Under the pieces are notes generated by a model, which saw nothing but the letters and a program-made list of their open reading frames with translations, did not search any database and had not been told where the DNA came from. Made by a program: the position numbers and the translations under genes. A stretch of 61,446 bases of DNA, counting the filler. It is 5 parts of 5 records of this genome, joined end to end, with 100 filler letters (N's around TTAATTAATTAA, not from the genome) between each part and the next. Parts side by side here need not be neighbours in the genome. Positions count along the whole stretch, not along the records: positions 23,441 to 44,803 come from SRR31156797_955; positions 44,904 to 51,567 come from SRR31156797_971; 3 more parts are not named here. The stretch is one strand, 5' to 3'. Shown here one piece after another: positions 38,088 through 47,577 of the stretch; within the stretch, counting starts at the first letter, position 1; every line of letters begins with the position of its first letter.

Positions 38088-39305
38088 ATGCAGATAATAT
38101 GTCCAGAATGCAAATTCGCCCGCGAAGTGGACGAAAGCAAGATACCTCCTCGTTCGCAGGTTGCCACCTGCCCAAAATGTCAGACAAAATTCAAGTTCCG
38201 CGAAATACCGGAACAGGAATTTGTTATTGAAGAACCGGAAGCCCCAACAACGGCCCCCGTTACTTCCTTACAAGAACCGAATATTTCTCAGAAAACGGAA
38301 ACATCCGAACAGACGTTCCCGGACCTTCCCGCCCCAGGCGAAAAACCCAAGGAAGACTTGTGGAAACAACTGGACGCCATGGCTCCGCCAGAGCCAAAGG
38401 CAACATCTGAGAATGGTTCTGACACGTCAAATAAACCTCCATCTGCTGAGCCCTATGCTCATCCAAATGAGACAGAACCTGTCGATGGGTGGAACGGTGA
38501 ATTCAATGCGGACTTCCCCGAACCATTGGACGAACCCAAAATAATTTACCCTTCCGGCCAGACGCCTCAGTCCGACGAGCAACAGCCCGTGGATGGCTGG
38601 AACGGCCAATTTAGTGAAGATTTCCCCGACCCCATGCAAGCAGAAAGCGATGAGGATGAAACCTCAGAAAGCTCCATGGAAGTTCCGCCGCCGTTTGAGC
38701 AGTTGGATCGCTATGGATTTTTCGGCGGCCTGTTTATGACAATAAAGCTGGCCCTGTTTTCTCCGCGTCTTTTCTTTTCGGTCATGCCTGTCGGGGGAGG
38801 TCTGTCCAAACCCCTGACCTTTGCCATTCTCGTGGCGATGATTCAGGCTCTGGCTCAGTTTGCTTGGGGCGTTGCTGGCCTGACCCCCAGCATTGATATC
38901 ACCTCAAACGGATTGGAAGTCGTTGCATACAATACGACCAATGGCCTGTTCGAACTATTGGTCACACCAGCTTTTGCGGCAATGTCCATTTATTTCATCA
39001 CTGGATTCTACCATCTTATCCTGAAGCTGTTTCGAGCAGGCAGCAAAGGATTTGAAGGCTCTTTCAGAGCTGTTGCCTATGCCTATGCCCCAATGATTAC
39101 CGGCATAATACCGTTGGTGACGCTTGAAGTGGTCAGCGTATGGATGCTCCTGAACGCCATATGGGGACTGGTCCTGACGGCCATAGGTCTCAAGTATATC
39201 CATAAGATATCCTATGTCATTATCATTCCGGTCATACTTATGCCGCTGCTTATCGGCATGATTCTCGCTGTTATCGGGATGCAGGGACAGATGCCTACAA
39301 TGTAG
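38088..39305 (+). CDS. Zinc-ribbon (MJ0042-type) plus YIP1-family membrane protein
   Basis: MQIICPECK...CPKCQTKF, an acidic linker, SPRLFF, FRAVAYAYAP and about five TM helices. Confidence 0.82.
   Translation: MQIICPECKFAREVDESKIPPRSQVATCPKCQTKFKFREIPEQEFVIEEPEAPTTAPVTSLQEPNISQKTETSEQTFPDLPAPGEKPKEDLWKQLDAMAPPEPKATSENGSDTSNKPPSAEPYAHPNETEPVDGWNGEFNADFPEPLDEPKIIYPSGQTPQSDEQQPVDGWNGQFSEDFPDPMQAESDEDETSESSMEVPPPFEQLDRYGFFGGLFMTIKLALFSPRLFFSVMPVGGGLSKPLTFAILVAMIQALAQFAWGVAGLTPSIDITSNGLEVVAYNTTNGLFELLVTPAFAAMSIYFITGFYHLILKLFRAGSKGFEGSFRAVAYAYAPMITGIIPLVTLEVVSVWMLLNAIWGLVLTAIGLKYIHKISYVIIIPVILMPLLIGMILAVIGMQGQMPTM
38478..38633 (+). repeat. Duplicated 16-codon motif in the linker
   Basis: PVDGWNGEFNADFPEP (38478-38525) and PVDGWNGQFSEDFPDP (38586-38633). 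Confidence 0.85.
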
Positions 39306-39313
39306 GAGGGATT

Positions 39314-39649
39314 ATGTTTGGTTGGTGTAAAAACAAAATCCAGGATCTCAAGGCACAACGAAAACTCGCTCGCCAGATAGACCCGCGCCGTCTCAAGGAG
39401 ATGGCGCTGGAAATTCGCGATCTGGCAGTACTTGCTGCCCAACTCAACCCCAGAGAACGGGATATCCAAAAACTGATCCGCAACGTTCTTGTAGAAATGG
39501 ACCGCTTGTCCGAGCTGGCCGACAGACCGGAATTCAAACGCCTTTCCACTGGCAAACGGTTGCTGCTTCGTCAGGGACTCAAGGAATCCCGCGACCAATT
39601 GCTCGAATCCATAGAGTCCGCACCTGCCCCCACACAAACGGTTCAATAA
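39314..39649 (+). CDS. Hypothetical helical protein (111 aa)
   Basis: AGGAGG RBS; starts 8 nt after the upstream gene. Confidence 0.75.
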   Translation: MFGWCKNKIQDLKAQRKLARQIDPRRLKEMALEIRDLAVLAAQLNPRERDIQKLIRNVLVEMDRLSELADRPEFKRLSTGKRLLLRQGLKESRDQLLESIESAPAPTQTVQ

Positions 39650-39655
39650 CATTCC

Positions 39656-39671
39656 CGGCATACATATTGCT
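39656..39671 (+). promoter_or_regulatory. Putative sigma54 promoter of the OmpA-family gene
   Basis: CGGCAT-ACATA-TTGCT (GG-N10-GC). Confidence 0.5.
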
Positions 39672-39753
39672 TTAATTGAGCCATTGAAATCCGCCCCTGT
39701 CACGCACTTGGCGCATGGGGCGGAACGGTTGCAACCACAAGCCGGTGAATATC

Positions 39754-40872
39754 ATGAAAAAAGTATTACTTTTCGCATTGTTGCTTATATTATCCGCGTG
39801 CGCAAACGTGGACCTTTCCTTGACGGATCAGACAAAAGTCTATTCCGATCCAAGTGTCAGGAAATCGCCACTTCAGGTTTCGGTCCACCCCAAAGGGAAA
39901 CAGTACCGGCCTCTGACTGCCTATTTTCATCCCTTTGTCATCCAGCAGCGCACCAGCGATCATGCCAGCCTGTCCGATGCCTTTGCACAAATTTTTTATT
40001 CGGCCTGGACAGAGGAACGCCTCTTCCCAGTCATGGAACTGCAATCAGGCACACGGTACCAAGGGCTGTCCACCGCTCTGGACACCGCTCGAAGACGAGG
40101 TGCCGATCTGCTTATTCTGGGCAAAGTCCCCTACTTCTATGCAGGGCATACATTGGATGATACCGCAATTACCATACAGGTAGACATCTACGCGGCCGGT
40201 AGCGGCATTCTCCTCTGGACCATGATGCAATCAGGCCGCCTTGAAGAACGTCCGCCGGACGACTATTTCTATTTCAAACATGAATTCCGCATGAGCGAAG
40301 CTCCATTCAACAAGATCATTCGTGAAATTGCCAAAGACATGACTATTCCGCTCAAGGCATGGTTGCCTTCACCCGACACCGAATACAAATACGTGGATAA
40401 TCCGGCTGAGGTGAAACCCAGCCTGACTCAACTGGTCGAAGCTCCAACGGTTACCACAACTGATCCCGGACCGGGCACAAACCTTCCACCGGAAACAAAT
40501 GAAAATATCGTAGTCCGTCCTGATGTTCCGGGCGTGAATCTGGATGTTCATTTCGATTTCGACAAAGCGACGATTCAAGAGTCTTCGTATCCACTATTGG
40601 ACGCTTTGAGCGAAGCATTGAATTCACCGGAACTCAAAGGGAAAAGTATCATCATTGGCGGTCATACCGACACCAAAGGCAATGAGGCATATAATCTTTC
40701 CCTTTCCCAAAAACGAGCGGACGCGGTCAAGGCATACCTTGTCAACAAGGGCGGCGTTGATTCAGCGACTATTGAAACCGTAGGATATGGCAAGTCCAGA
40801 CCGCTCAACCAAGGACTTACAAACGAAGAGCAACAAAAAAACCGGCGGGTCGAAATACGACTCGCGGGATAG
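39754..40872 (+). CDS. OmpA-family lipoprotein
   Basis: Lipobox LSAC. C-terminal FDFDKA, GHTD, NLSLSQKRADAV, GYG and NRRVE. Confidence 0.9.
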   Translation: MKKVLLFALLLILSACANVDLSLTDQTKVYSDPSVRKSPLQVSVHPKGKQYRPLTAYFHPFVIQQRTSDHASLSDAFAQIFYSAWTEERLFPVMELQSGTRYQGLSTALDTARRRGADLLILGKVPYFYAGHTLDDTAITIQVDIYAAGSGILLWTMMQSGRLEERPPDDYFYFKHEFRMSEAPFNKIIREIAKDMTIPLKAWLPSPDTEYKYVDNPAEVKPSLTQLVEAPTVTTTDPGPGTNLPPETNENIVVRPDVPGVNLDVHFDFDKATIQESSYPLLDALSEALNSPELKGKSIIIGGHTDTKGNEAYNLSLSQKRADAVKAYLVNKGGVDSATIETVGYGKSRPLNQGLTNEEQQKNRRVEIRLAG

Positions 40873-41027
40873 GTCAAACGATGACTTCTTGACTTTTTGG
40901 CAATAATTCTTATCTTCCTGTTCGGAAGCGCATGACGGGGGCCTTTCCGGGCCCTCTTTTTCGTTCTTTTCACTCAGAACGATATATGATACCTGAGACC
41001 TTCATTTCAGCTGAGAGGTTTATTTAA

Positions 41028-42221
41028 ATGATTGGTATTTCCAAGCTCTACTGCGGAGCAGTAGAACCTTCTGACGCCCTGCGTTACAGTCGTGAATCAG
41101 GGCAGTTGCCCTCCCATCTTCTCCAATTTTCCAAGGATAAGAAGCCCGTCGTGGTCTGGAACATGACCCAACGGTGTAACCTTAAATGTGTCCATTGTTA
41201 TGCGCAGGCCGTCGATGTCAGCGCTCACAAGGACCCCATTTCCAACGAAAAAGCCAAAGAGATGATCGATGACCTCGCCCAGTTCGGCGCACCGGTCATG
41301 CTCTTTTCCGGTGGCGAACCTCTGGTTCGTGAAGACCTGGTCGACTTGGCCAAGCACGCAACAGCCAAAGGCATGCGCGCGGTCATCTCCACCAACGGTA
41401 CGCTCATCACCAAATCCAAGGCCAGAGAATTAAAAGAAGTCGGTCTCTCATACGTTGGTATATCCATCGACGGTAATGAAGCAGTCCACGATGAATTCCG
41501 TGGCGTAACCGGATCCTACAAACAGGCCCTCAAAGGTGTTGAAAACTGTCAGGCAGAAGGCCTCAAGGTCGGCTTGCGTTTCACCATCAATAAGCGCAAT
41601 GCTCCCGAGATTCCCCATCTCTTCCGTCTCATCGAAGACATGGAAATCCCCCGCATCTGTTTCTATCATCTGGTATATTCCGGTCGTGGTTCCGAACTGA
41701 TCAAGGAAGACCTGAACCATCAGGAAACCCGTGACGTTGTCGATCTGATCATGGACCACACGAAGGCATTGTTTGAAAAAGGCAAGCCCAAGGAAGTTCT
41801 GACCGTGGACAACCACGCAGACGGCCCGCATGTCTATTATCGTCTTCTCAAGGAAGACCCGGAACGCGCAAAGGAAGTGCTTGAACTGCTCAAGATGAAC
41901 GAAGGCAACTCCACAGGACGCGGCATCGGCTGTATCTCCTGGGACGGCAAGGTTCACGCTGACCAGTTCATGCGCCATCACACCTTCGGCAATGTGCTGG
42001 AACGTCCTTTCTCCGAAATTTGGAACGATCCCAAGATCGAACTGCTCCACAAGCTCAAGGACAAACGTCCTCATGTGGGCGGCCGTTGCGCCAAGTGTCG
42101 CTTCCTCAACATCTGTGGCGGCAACTTCCGTGCCCGTGCAGAAGCCTACTACGATGACTTCTGGGCACAGGATCCCGCCTGCTACCTCACCGACGAAGAA
42201 ATCACCGGCGAAAAGCTGTAA
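41028..42221 (+). CDS. ahbC: Radical SAM 12,18-didecarboxysiroheme deacetylase (NirJ1-type)
   Basis: MIGISKLYCG, WNMTQRCNLKCVHCY, YHLVYSGRG, TVDNHADG and SPASM cysteines; adjacent to hemB. Confidence 0.9.
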   Translation: MIGISKLYCGAVEPSDALRYSRESGQLPSHLLQFSKDKKPVVVWNMTQRCNLKCVHCYAQAVDVSAHKDPISNEKAKEMIDDLAQFGAPVMLFSGGEPLVREDLVDLAKHATAKGMRAVISTNGTLITKSKARELKEVGLSYVGISIDGNEAVHDEFRGVTGSYKQALKGVENCQAEGLKVGLRFTINKRNAPEIPHLFRLIEDMEIPRICFYHLVYSGRGSELIKEDLNHQETRDVVDLIMDHTKALFEKGKPKEVLTVDNHADGPHVYYRLLKEDPERAKEVLELLKMNEGNSTGRGIGCISWDGKVHADQFMRHHTFGNVLERPFSEIWNDPKIELLHKLKDKRPHVGGRCAKCRFLNICGGNFRARAEAYYDDFWAQDPACYLTDEEITGEKL

Positions 42222-42231
42222 GATTAAGAAT

Positions 42232-42294
42232 GCCTCCGGCGGCCGGGGAAACCCTTTAAAAAGGGTTTCCCCGGACCCCCTTCCTAAATATTTT
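42232..42294. repeat. Intergenic palindromic repeat, copy 1
   Basis: GCCTCCGGCGG followed by the perfect palindrome CCGGGGAAACCCTTT-AA-AAAGGGTTTCCCCGG (42243-42274). Confidence 0.7.
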
Positions 42295-42409
42295 GTCGCT
42301 CCGCCTTCGGCGTCGGGATTGCGCGCGAGCAAAGTCTTGCACTTATTTGCGAGACTGACGAAAACGAGTATAGAAATATTCAAAAGAAATTTCTTTATCT
42401 GGAGTGCAT

Positions 42410-43390
42410 ATGATTCCCTCTGATTTTTTCCGTGGCCGCCGTCTCCGTTCCAGTCTCACCATGCGTGAATTGGTCCGTGAAAACATGGTCACTGCTAATG
42501 ATTTAATCATGCCCTATTTCGTGGTCGAAACGGATGACGATTCCTTTAAAAAAGAAATATCGTCCATGCCCGGCCAGTACCAACTTTCCCTGAAACAACT
42601 GAAAAGCCAGGTCGCTGAGGCCGTTGCTGATGGCCTCAAGGCTTGTATCCTTTTCGGTATTCCTGCCGAAAAAGACGAAGTCGGATCCGGTGCATACGAC
42701 GACATGGGCATTGTCCAAAAGGCCATTCGTCTGCTCAAGGACACCTTCCCCGAGCTGGTCGTCATAGCCGATACCTGTCTGTGCGAATACACCTCCCACG
42801 GCCATTGCGGCATGGTGAAAAACGAATACGTCCAGAACGACCCCACGTTGAACCTTCTGGCCAAGGCCGCAGTAGCCCAAGCCAAGGCCGGAGCCGACAT
42901 GGTCGCTCCATCCGACATGATGGATGGCCGCGTTGCCGCCATCCGCTCCGCGCTGGATGACGCTGGATTCACTAACACCCCGATCATGTCTTACGCGATC
43001 AAATACGCGTCAGCTTTCTACGGCCCGTTCCGTGAAGCCGCCGAATCCACCCCGCAATTCGGGGACCGCAAGACCTACCAGATGGACCCCTGCAACTCAC
43101 GCGAAGGCATGCGCGAAGCCGTTGCAGACCTCGAAGAAGGCGCGGATATTCTCATGGTCAAACCCGGCCTGCCATATCTCGACATGGTCCGTCAGGTGCG
43201 AGATACTTTCGACACTCCTGTGGCCGTCTATCAGGTCAGCGGCGAATACTCGATGATCAAGGCCGCTGCCCAAAACGACTGGATAGACGAAATGGGCGTG
43301 GTCATGGAATCCCTGGTTGCCTTCAAGCGTGCCGGGGCTGATCTTATTCTCACATACTTCACAGAAGACGTCCTAAAGGCATTAAAATAA
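42410..43390 (+). CDS. hemB: Porphobilinogen synthase
   Basis: RGRRLR, DTCLCEYTSHGHCG, APSDMMDGR, FYGPFRE, MVKPG and YQVSGEY. Confidence 0.97.
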   Translation: MIPSDFFRGRRLRSSLTMRELVRENMVTANDLIMPYFVVETDDDSFKKEISSMPGQYQLSLKQLKSQVAEAVADGLKACILFGIPAEKDEVGSGAYDDMGIVQKAIRLLKDTFPELVVIADTCLCEYTSHGHCGMVKNEYVQNDPTLNLLAKAAVAQAKAGADMVAPSDMMDGRVAAIRSALDDAGFTNTPIMSYAIKYASAFYGPFREAAESTPQFGDRKTYQMDPCNSREGMREAVADLEEGADILMVKPGLPYLDMVRQVRDTFDTPVAVYQVSGEYSMIKAAAQNDWIDEMGVVMESLVAFKRAGADLILTYFTEDVLKALK

Positions 43391-44577
43391 TGAATGAACA
43401 TCCCAAAGGCCATCCCGGCGGCTGCCCTCCTGAGGGTCATCCCGGCGGACACCCCGGCCATCCCCACGGCAAAGGTCATCCCGGTGCAGAAAATGCACCC
43501 AAGCGTTTCCTCGACGACGGCGTCACCCCCATTTGCAGACTTATTGCCTGGGAAGTGACCCGCTCCTGCAACCTCGCCTGCAAGCACTGTCGGGCCGAGG
43601 CACACCCGGAGCCATACGAGAACGAATTGTCCACAGCAGAGGCCAAGGCTCTCATCGACACCTTCCCGGACGTGGGCAGCCCGATCATCATCTTTACCGG
43701 CGGCGAGCCAATGATGCGGCACGACGTGTATGAGCTGATCGCCTATGCCAAGGCCAAAGGCCTTCGTTGCGTCATGGCCCCCAATGGGACACTCATCACA
43801 CCTGAAACCGCCCAGCAGATGAAAGACGCGGGTATCGAACGATGCTCTATTTCCATCGATGCACCAGAAGCTGCCCAGCACGACGAATTCCGCGGCGAAG
43901 TCGGTGCATTCAAAGCTTCCATGCGCGGCATTCAATATTTGAAAGACGCGGGGATCGAATTCCAGATCAACACCACGGTAACCAAGAACAATCTTCATCT
44001 GTTCAAGGACATCTTTGATCTGTGCGAAGAAATCGGCGCATCCGCGTGGCATATCTTCCTGCTCGTACCGACCGGTCGAGCCGTGGAGCTTGGTACCGAA
44101 GTCATCACCGCCGAAGAGTACGAAGACGTGCTGAACTGGTTCTATGATTTCCGCAAAACTACAAACATGCAACTCAAGGCCACCTGTGCCCCGCATTACC
44201 ACCGCATCCTGCGTCAGCGCGCCAAGGAAGAAGGCATCCCGGTTAACTTTGAGAACTTCGGCCTGGACGCCGTATCTCGCGGCTGTCTCGGAGGCGTAGG
44301 ATTCTGTTTCATTTCTCATCGCGGTCAAGTGCAGCCCTGTGGCTATCTTGAACTCGACTGTGGTCAGGTACGCGAGACGCATTTCCCTGACATCTGGAAG
44401 AAATCACAGCAATTCCTCAACTTGCGCAATCCAGAAGTCTATGACGGTAAATGTGGACATTGCGAATATGAACGTGTCTGCGGCGGTTGCCGAGCACGAG
44501 CACAGACCATGAACGGTCATTATTTAAAAGAAGAACCGCTCTGCTCCTACCAGCCGAAGAAAAAGGCGAAGAAGTAA
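43390..44577 (+). CDS. ahbD: Radical SAM heme b synthase (NirJ2-type)
   Basis: AWEVTRSCNLACKHCRA, FLLVPTGR, KATCAPHY, GCLGG and SPASM; His/Pro/Gly-rich N-terminus. Confidence 0.9.
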   Translation: MNEHPKGHPGGCPPEGHPGGHPGHPHGKGHPGAENAPKRFLDDGVTPICRLIAWEVTRSCNLACKHCRAEAHPEPYENELSTAEAKALIDTFPDVGSPIIIFTGGEPMMRHDVYELIAYAKAKGLRCVMAPNGTLITPETAQQMKDAGIERCSISIDAPEAAQHDEFRGEVGAFKASMRGIQYLKDAGIEFQINTTVTKNNLHLFKDIFDLCEEIGASAWHIFLLVPTGRAVELGTEVITAEEYEDVLNWFYDFRKTTNMQLKATCAPHYHRILRQRAKEEGIPVNFENFGLDAVSRGCLGGVGFCFISHRGQVQPCGYLELDCGQVRETHFPDIWKKSQQFLNLRNPEVYDGKCGHCEYERVCGGCRARAQTMNGHYLKEEPLCSYQPKKKAKK

Positions 44578-44579
44578 GA

Positions 44580-44803
44580 GCCTCCGATGGATGCTGGAAA
44601 GCGAGGAAATGCCCTTTAAAAAGGGTTCTTTCCTCCCCTTCCACAGCCCCCCATCCCCTCATTTTCCCAAACTTTTTGGGTCGCCTTGGGCGAAAGTAAG
44701 GGATGCATGGAAAGGATTTGATTCCTTACGGAGAAATACAATAAAAATCGCACGACCCCGCAAAGCGCGATAAAAAGTTTTGGAGATTCTCAAGAACCTT
44801 TTT
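44580..44803. repeat. Intergenic palindromic repeat, copy 2 (extended, runs to contig end)
   Basis: GCCTCCG...GAGGAAA-TG-CCCTTTAAAAAGGG-TTC-TTTCCTC shares the 14-bp core with 42232-42294. Confidence 0.6.
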
Positions 44804-44903
44804 NNNNNNNNNNNNNNNNNNNNNNNNNNNNNNNNNNNNNNNNNNNNTTAATTAATTAANNNNNNNNNNNNNNNNNNNNNNNNNNNNNNNNNNNNNNNNN
44901 NNN
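44804..44903. other. Artificial contig linker
   Basis: N run, TTAATTAATTAA, N run. Confidence 0.98.
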
Positions 44904-44964
44904 TTTTTACGATCTGCTCCAGGGTGACGCCGTGGAGCGGGTTTTTGGGTTGTTGTTCATTCAT
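44904..44964 (-). CDS. VF530/DUF2132-family DNA-binding protein, 3'-truncated; absent from the ORF track
   Basis: Manual translation gives MNEQQPKNPLHGVTLEQIVK, containing the PLHGVTLE signature. AAGGA upstream. Confidence 0.75.
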
Positions 44965-45113
44965 GGTCCAAGCTTCGTCCTTCTTTTGAGTAAATAAGGG
45001 CCCCATTAAAACGGCAATGATCCCGGCGGATGCCCTGGATGCCGGATGTCAATGTATCGAACAAAAATTCATCTCAATATAATAACAGCTGAAGAATAGC
45101 AAGGATATAGTTA

Positions 45114-45142
45114 TTGACATCTTAACCGGTGTCCCCTAACCT
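45114..45142 (+). promoter_or_regulatory. Putative sigma70 promoter of the protease cluster
   Basis: TTGACA-N17-TAACCT. Confidence 0.6.
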
Positions 45143-45263
45143 GTAACCGGCAATTATTCATCATCCATTTTACAGGCCCCAGGCACCCGGGGCGAAATTC
45201 TTATTTTCATTAACCGCAATCAGCCAACCCATCCATCCATGAAGGAAAAACAGGGAGGACTGT

Positions 45264-47555
45264 ATGACGCGTTTAACACCAAAACAGGAGAAAGCATCCC
45301 GCCGTCTTTGCAGTATTGATGCAAGGAACAAAATTTTCTGGAGCGATGACGGTAAAATCCCCCAATTCATCAAAGGCAGACTCTCTGCCCCCTCGCAAGA
45401 CAGTGCAGAGGATGTGGCACTGGGCTTTATTGACGACAATAGGGATCTGTTCGCCATTGACGATCAAACCGCCCACCGGCTTGAAACAGCATCCATGGAA
45501 CAGGATAAACAGGGCCATTCCCACGTTTGCCTTACCCAATACATCCGGGACATTCCCGTGCATGAGGGGTCTGTCCAGATACACATCAACGAAAACGGCG
45601 TTGTTACCGCCTATAAAGACAACCGGTTGGCCGGCATGGATATCGACCTGCAGCCCGCCATCAGCGAAAAGGCGGCCCTGCAGACCGCTGTGGACGACAT
45701 TACCCAGAAATCCCTGAAATCCCTGAAATGCGGGCAAAAGAAATGCGGATTATGCCTGTACCGCAACAATGCCCCCATTGTTCACCTTGCCTGGGAAATT
45801 GAAATAGAGGTGATTGAAGAGCCGGGGCCGCGATACTATTTCATCGATGCCCATGACGGCACGATTCTCTACCGGTTCTCCGAGACCCGATACGCCATGG
45901 CCCGGCGCACCTATACCGCAAACAATGGGACGAGCCTTCCCGGCACCCTGGTCGTGGAAGACGATCAAACCGCCGAAGACGATCTTGTCCAGGCGGCCCA
46001 CAACAATGCCAAAGAAGTTCACCGCTATTACAGCGAAACCTTTGGACGGGACAGTTATGACAATCGCGGCGCCCCCATTGTCTCCACCGTTCATTTCAAG
46101 CAAGACTACAACAACGCATACTGGAGCAGTTTCCGCCGCCAAATGGTGTATGGAGACGGAGACGGCGTTCAATTCGGTCCCCTGGCCTATGCCCTGGATA
46201 TTGTCGGACACGAATTCACCCATGCCGTCACCTCCCAGACCGCGCGGTTTGTCTATTCGGAACAGTCCGGCGCCCTGGACGAATTCTTTGCGGATTTTTT
46301 CGGTGTCATGATTTCAAACGATGGTGAAATCAACGACTGGCTCATGGGCGAAGGGGTCTACACCCCCCTGCGCAGCGGCGACGCCCTGCGCGATCTGTCC
46401 AGCCCCACCCGGTTCGGCCTTCCGGACCACATGGATGACTTCATGGAATTGCGCCCGGGGGAACTGCCGGACCCGGACAAAAATGATCTTGGCTGGCTCC
46501 ATTACAACTGCGGCATTCCCAGCAAAGCGGCCTATCTCAACATCATGGGCGGCACCCACCGTGGTATCCGTGTCCAGGGCATCGGCAGGGAAAAGGCGGA
46601 ACAGATCTATTACCTCGGCCTGACCCAATACATGCGCAGTGCCGGCCGAAGCCGCTGGACCTTTAAGCAGGCCCGCTACGCCATGCTCAATGCCTGCCGG
46701 CAACTTTATGGCGACGACGGAGAAGAATATGCCTCAGTCAAAAATGCCTGGGCTGCGGTGGGAATCGGTGAACCGGCAAAGCAGTTCGTCATCATTGAAA
46801 AGGAAACAAATCCCGGGTTGACCATTCCGGACAACGATTCCGCCGGCGTCACCAGCACCCTGCATGTGGAGGAACAGGGTATTCTCAAGGATTTTTACGT
46901 CTTTGTCATCATCAGTCATTCATATATCAATGACCTGACCATCAAACTGGTCTCCCCCGGCGGTGAAGAAGCCATCCTCCGTGAACGAAGCGGCGGTTCA
47001 AATGATGACCTGATTGAAGAATACACCCCGGAGAACACCCCTGCCCTGCAGGCCTTTATGGGCGACCCGGTGCGGGACGATTGGAAACTTGTGGTTACCG
47101 ATCATGCCCGTGCTGACGAAGGCACCCTTGACTACTGGGGCTTTACCATGGCGGTTGAAAAAATCGAACAACAGTCGGCCACCAGGGAAGTAACCGTCAA
47201 TCTGCCCATACCGGATAATGATCCCTCCGGGGTTGCAAGCCCCATCACCCTGGAACAGGACGGCAGCGTCCTTCATATTGATGTGACCGTGGATATTTCC
47301 CATACCTGGATAGGAGATCTCCGGGTGGTACTGACCGCCCCGTCCGGGGAAGAGGCCGTCCTCCACGCCAACACCGGCAAAAACCGCCATGACATTAAGA
47401 AGACCTACAGCACCCGACGGGACAACATCCTCGGTCCCCTTATCGGAACGACAACCAAAGGGGAATGGTTCCTTAAGGTGACGGACTCAGCCGACCAGGA
47501 TGAGGGAACCCTGAACAGATGGGAGCTGAACCTACTGTATATTGAAAACCAATAG
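45264..47555 (+). CDS. M4 (thermolysin-like) metallopeptidase with FTP/PepSY prodomain and two proprotein-convertase P-domains
   Basis: YNNAYW, MVYGDGDG, HEFTH, GALDEFFAD and LHYNCG; two copies of IPDND...ISH(S/T)xIxDL...G.W.L.VTD...DEGTL..W. GGGAGG RBS. Confidence 0.92.
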   Translation: MTRLTPKQEKASRRLCSIDARNKIFWSDDGKIPQFIKGRLSAPSQDSAEDVALGFIDDNRDLFAIDDQTAHRLETASMEQDKQGHSHVCLTQYIRDIPVHEGSVQIHINENGVVTAYKDNRLAGMDIDLQPAISEKAALQTAVDDITQKSLKSLKCGQKKCGLCLYRNNAPIVHLAWEIEIEVIEEPGPRYYFIDAHDGTILYRFSETRYAMARRTYTANNGTSLPGTLVVEDDQTAEDDLVQAAHNNAKEVHRYYSETFGRDSYDNRGAPIVSTVHFKQDYNNAYWSSFRRQMVYGDGDGVQFGPLAYALDIVGHEFTHAVTSQTARFVYSEQSGALDEFFADFFGVMISNDGEINDWLMGEGVYTPLRSGDALRDLSSPTRFGLPDHMDDFMELRPGELPDPDKNDLGWLHYNCGIPSKAAYLNIMGGTHRGIRVQGIGREKAEQIYYLGLTQYMRSAGRSRWTFKQARYAMLNACRQLYGDDGEEYASVKNAWAAVGIGEPAKQFVIIEKETNPGLTIPDNDSAGVTSTLHVEEQGILKDFYVFVIISHSYINDLTIKLVSPGGEEAILRERSGGSNDDLIEEYTPENTPALQAFMGDPVRDDWKLVVTDHARADEGTLDYWGFTMAVEKIEQQSATREVTVNLPIPDNDPSGVASPITLEQDGSVLHIDVTVDISHTWIGDLRVVLTAPSGEEAVLHANTGKNRHDIKKTYSTRRDNILGPLIGTTTKGEWFLKVTDSADQDEGTLNRWELNLLYIENQ

Positions 47556-47577
47556 AACCGTTAATCAAGGGAGAGAG

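Noticed and set aside
43231-44382. 383-aa antisense ORF over ahbD (likewise 41448-42383, 51848-52882, 53346-54494, 55198-56031, 56168-57052)
   Set aside because: Shadow ORFs opposite well-supported genes in GC-rich DNA, with no recognisable motifs.
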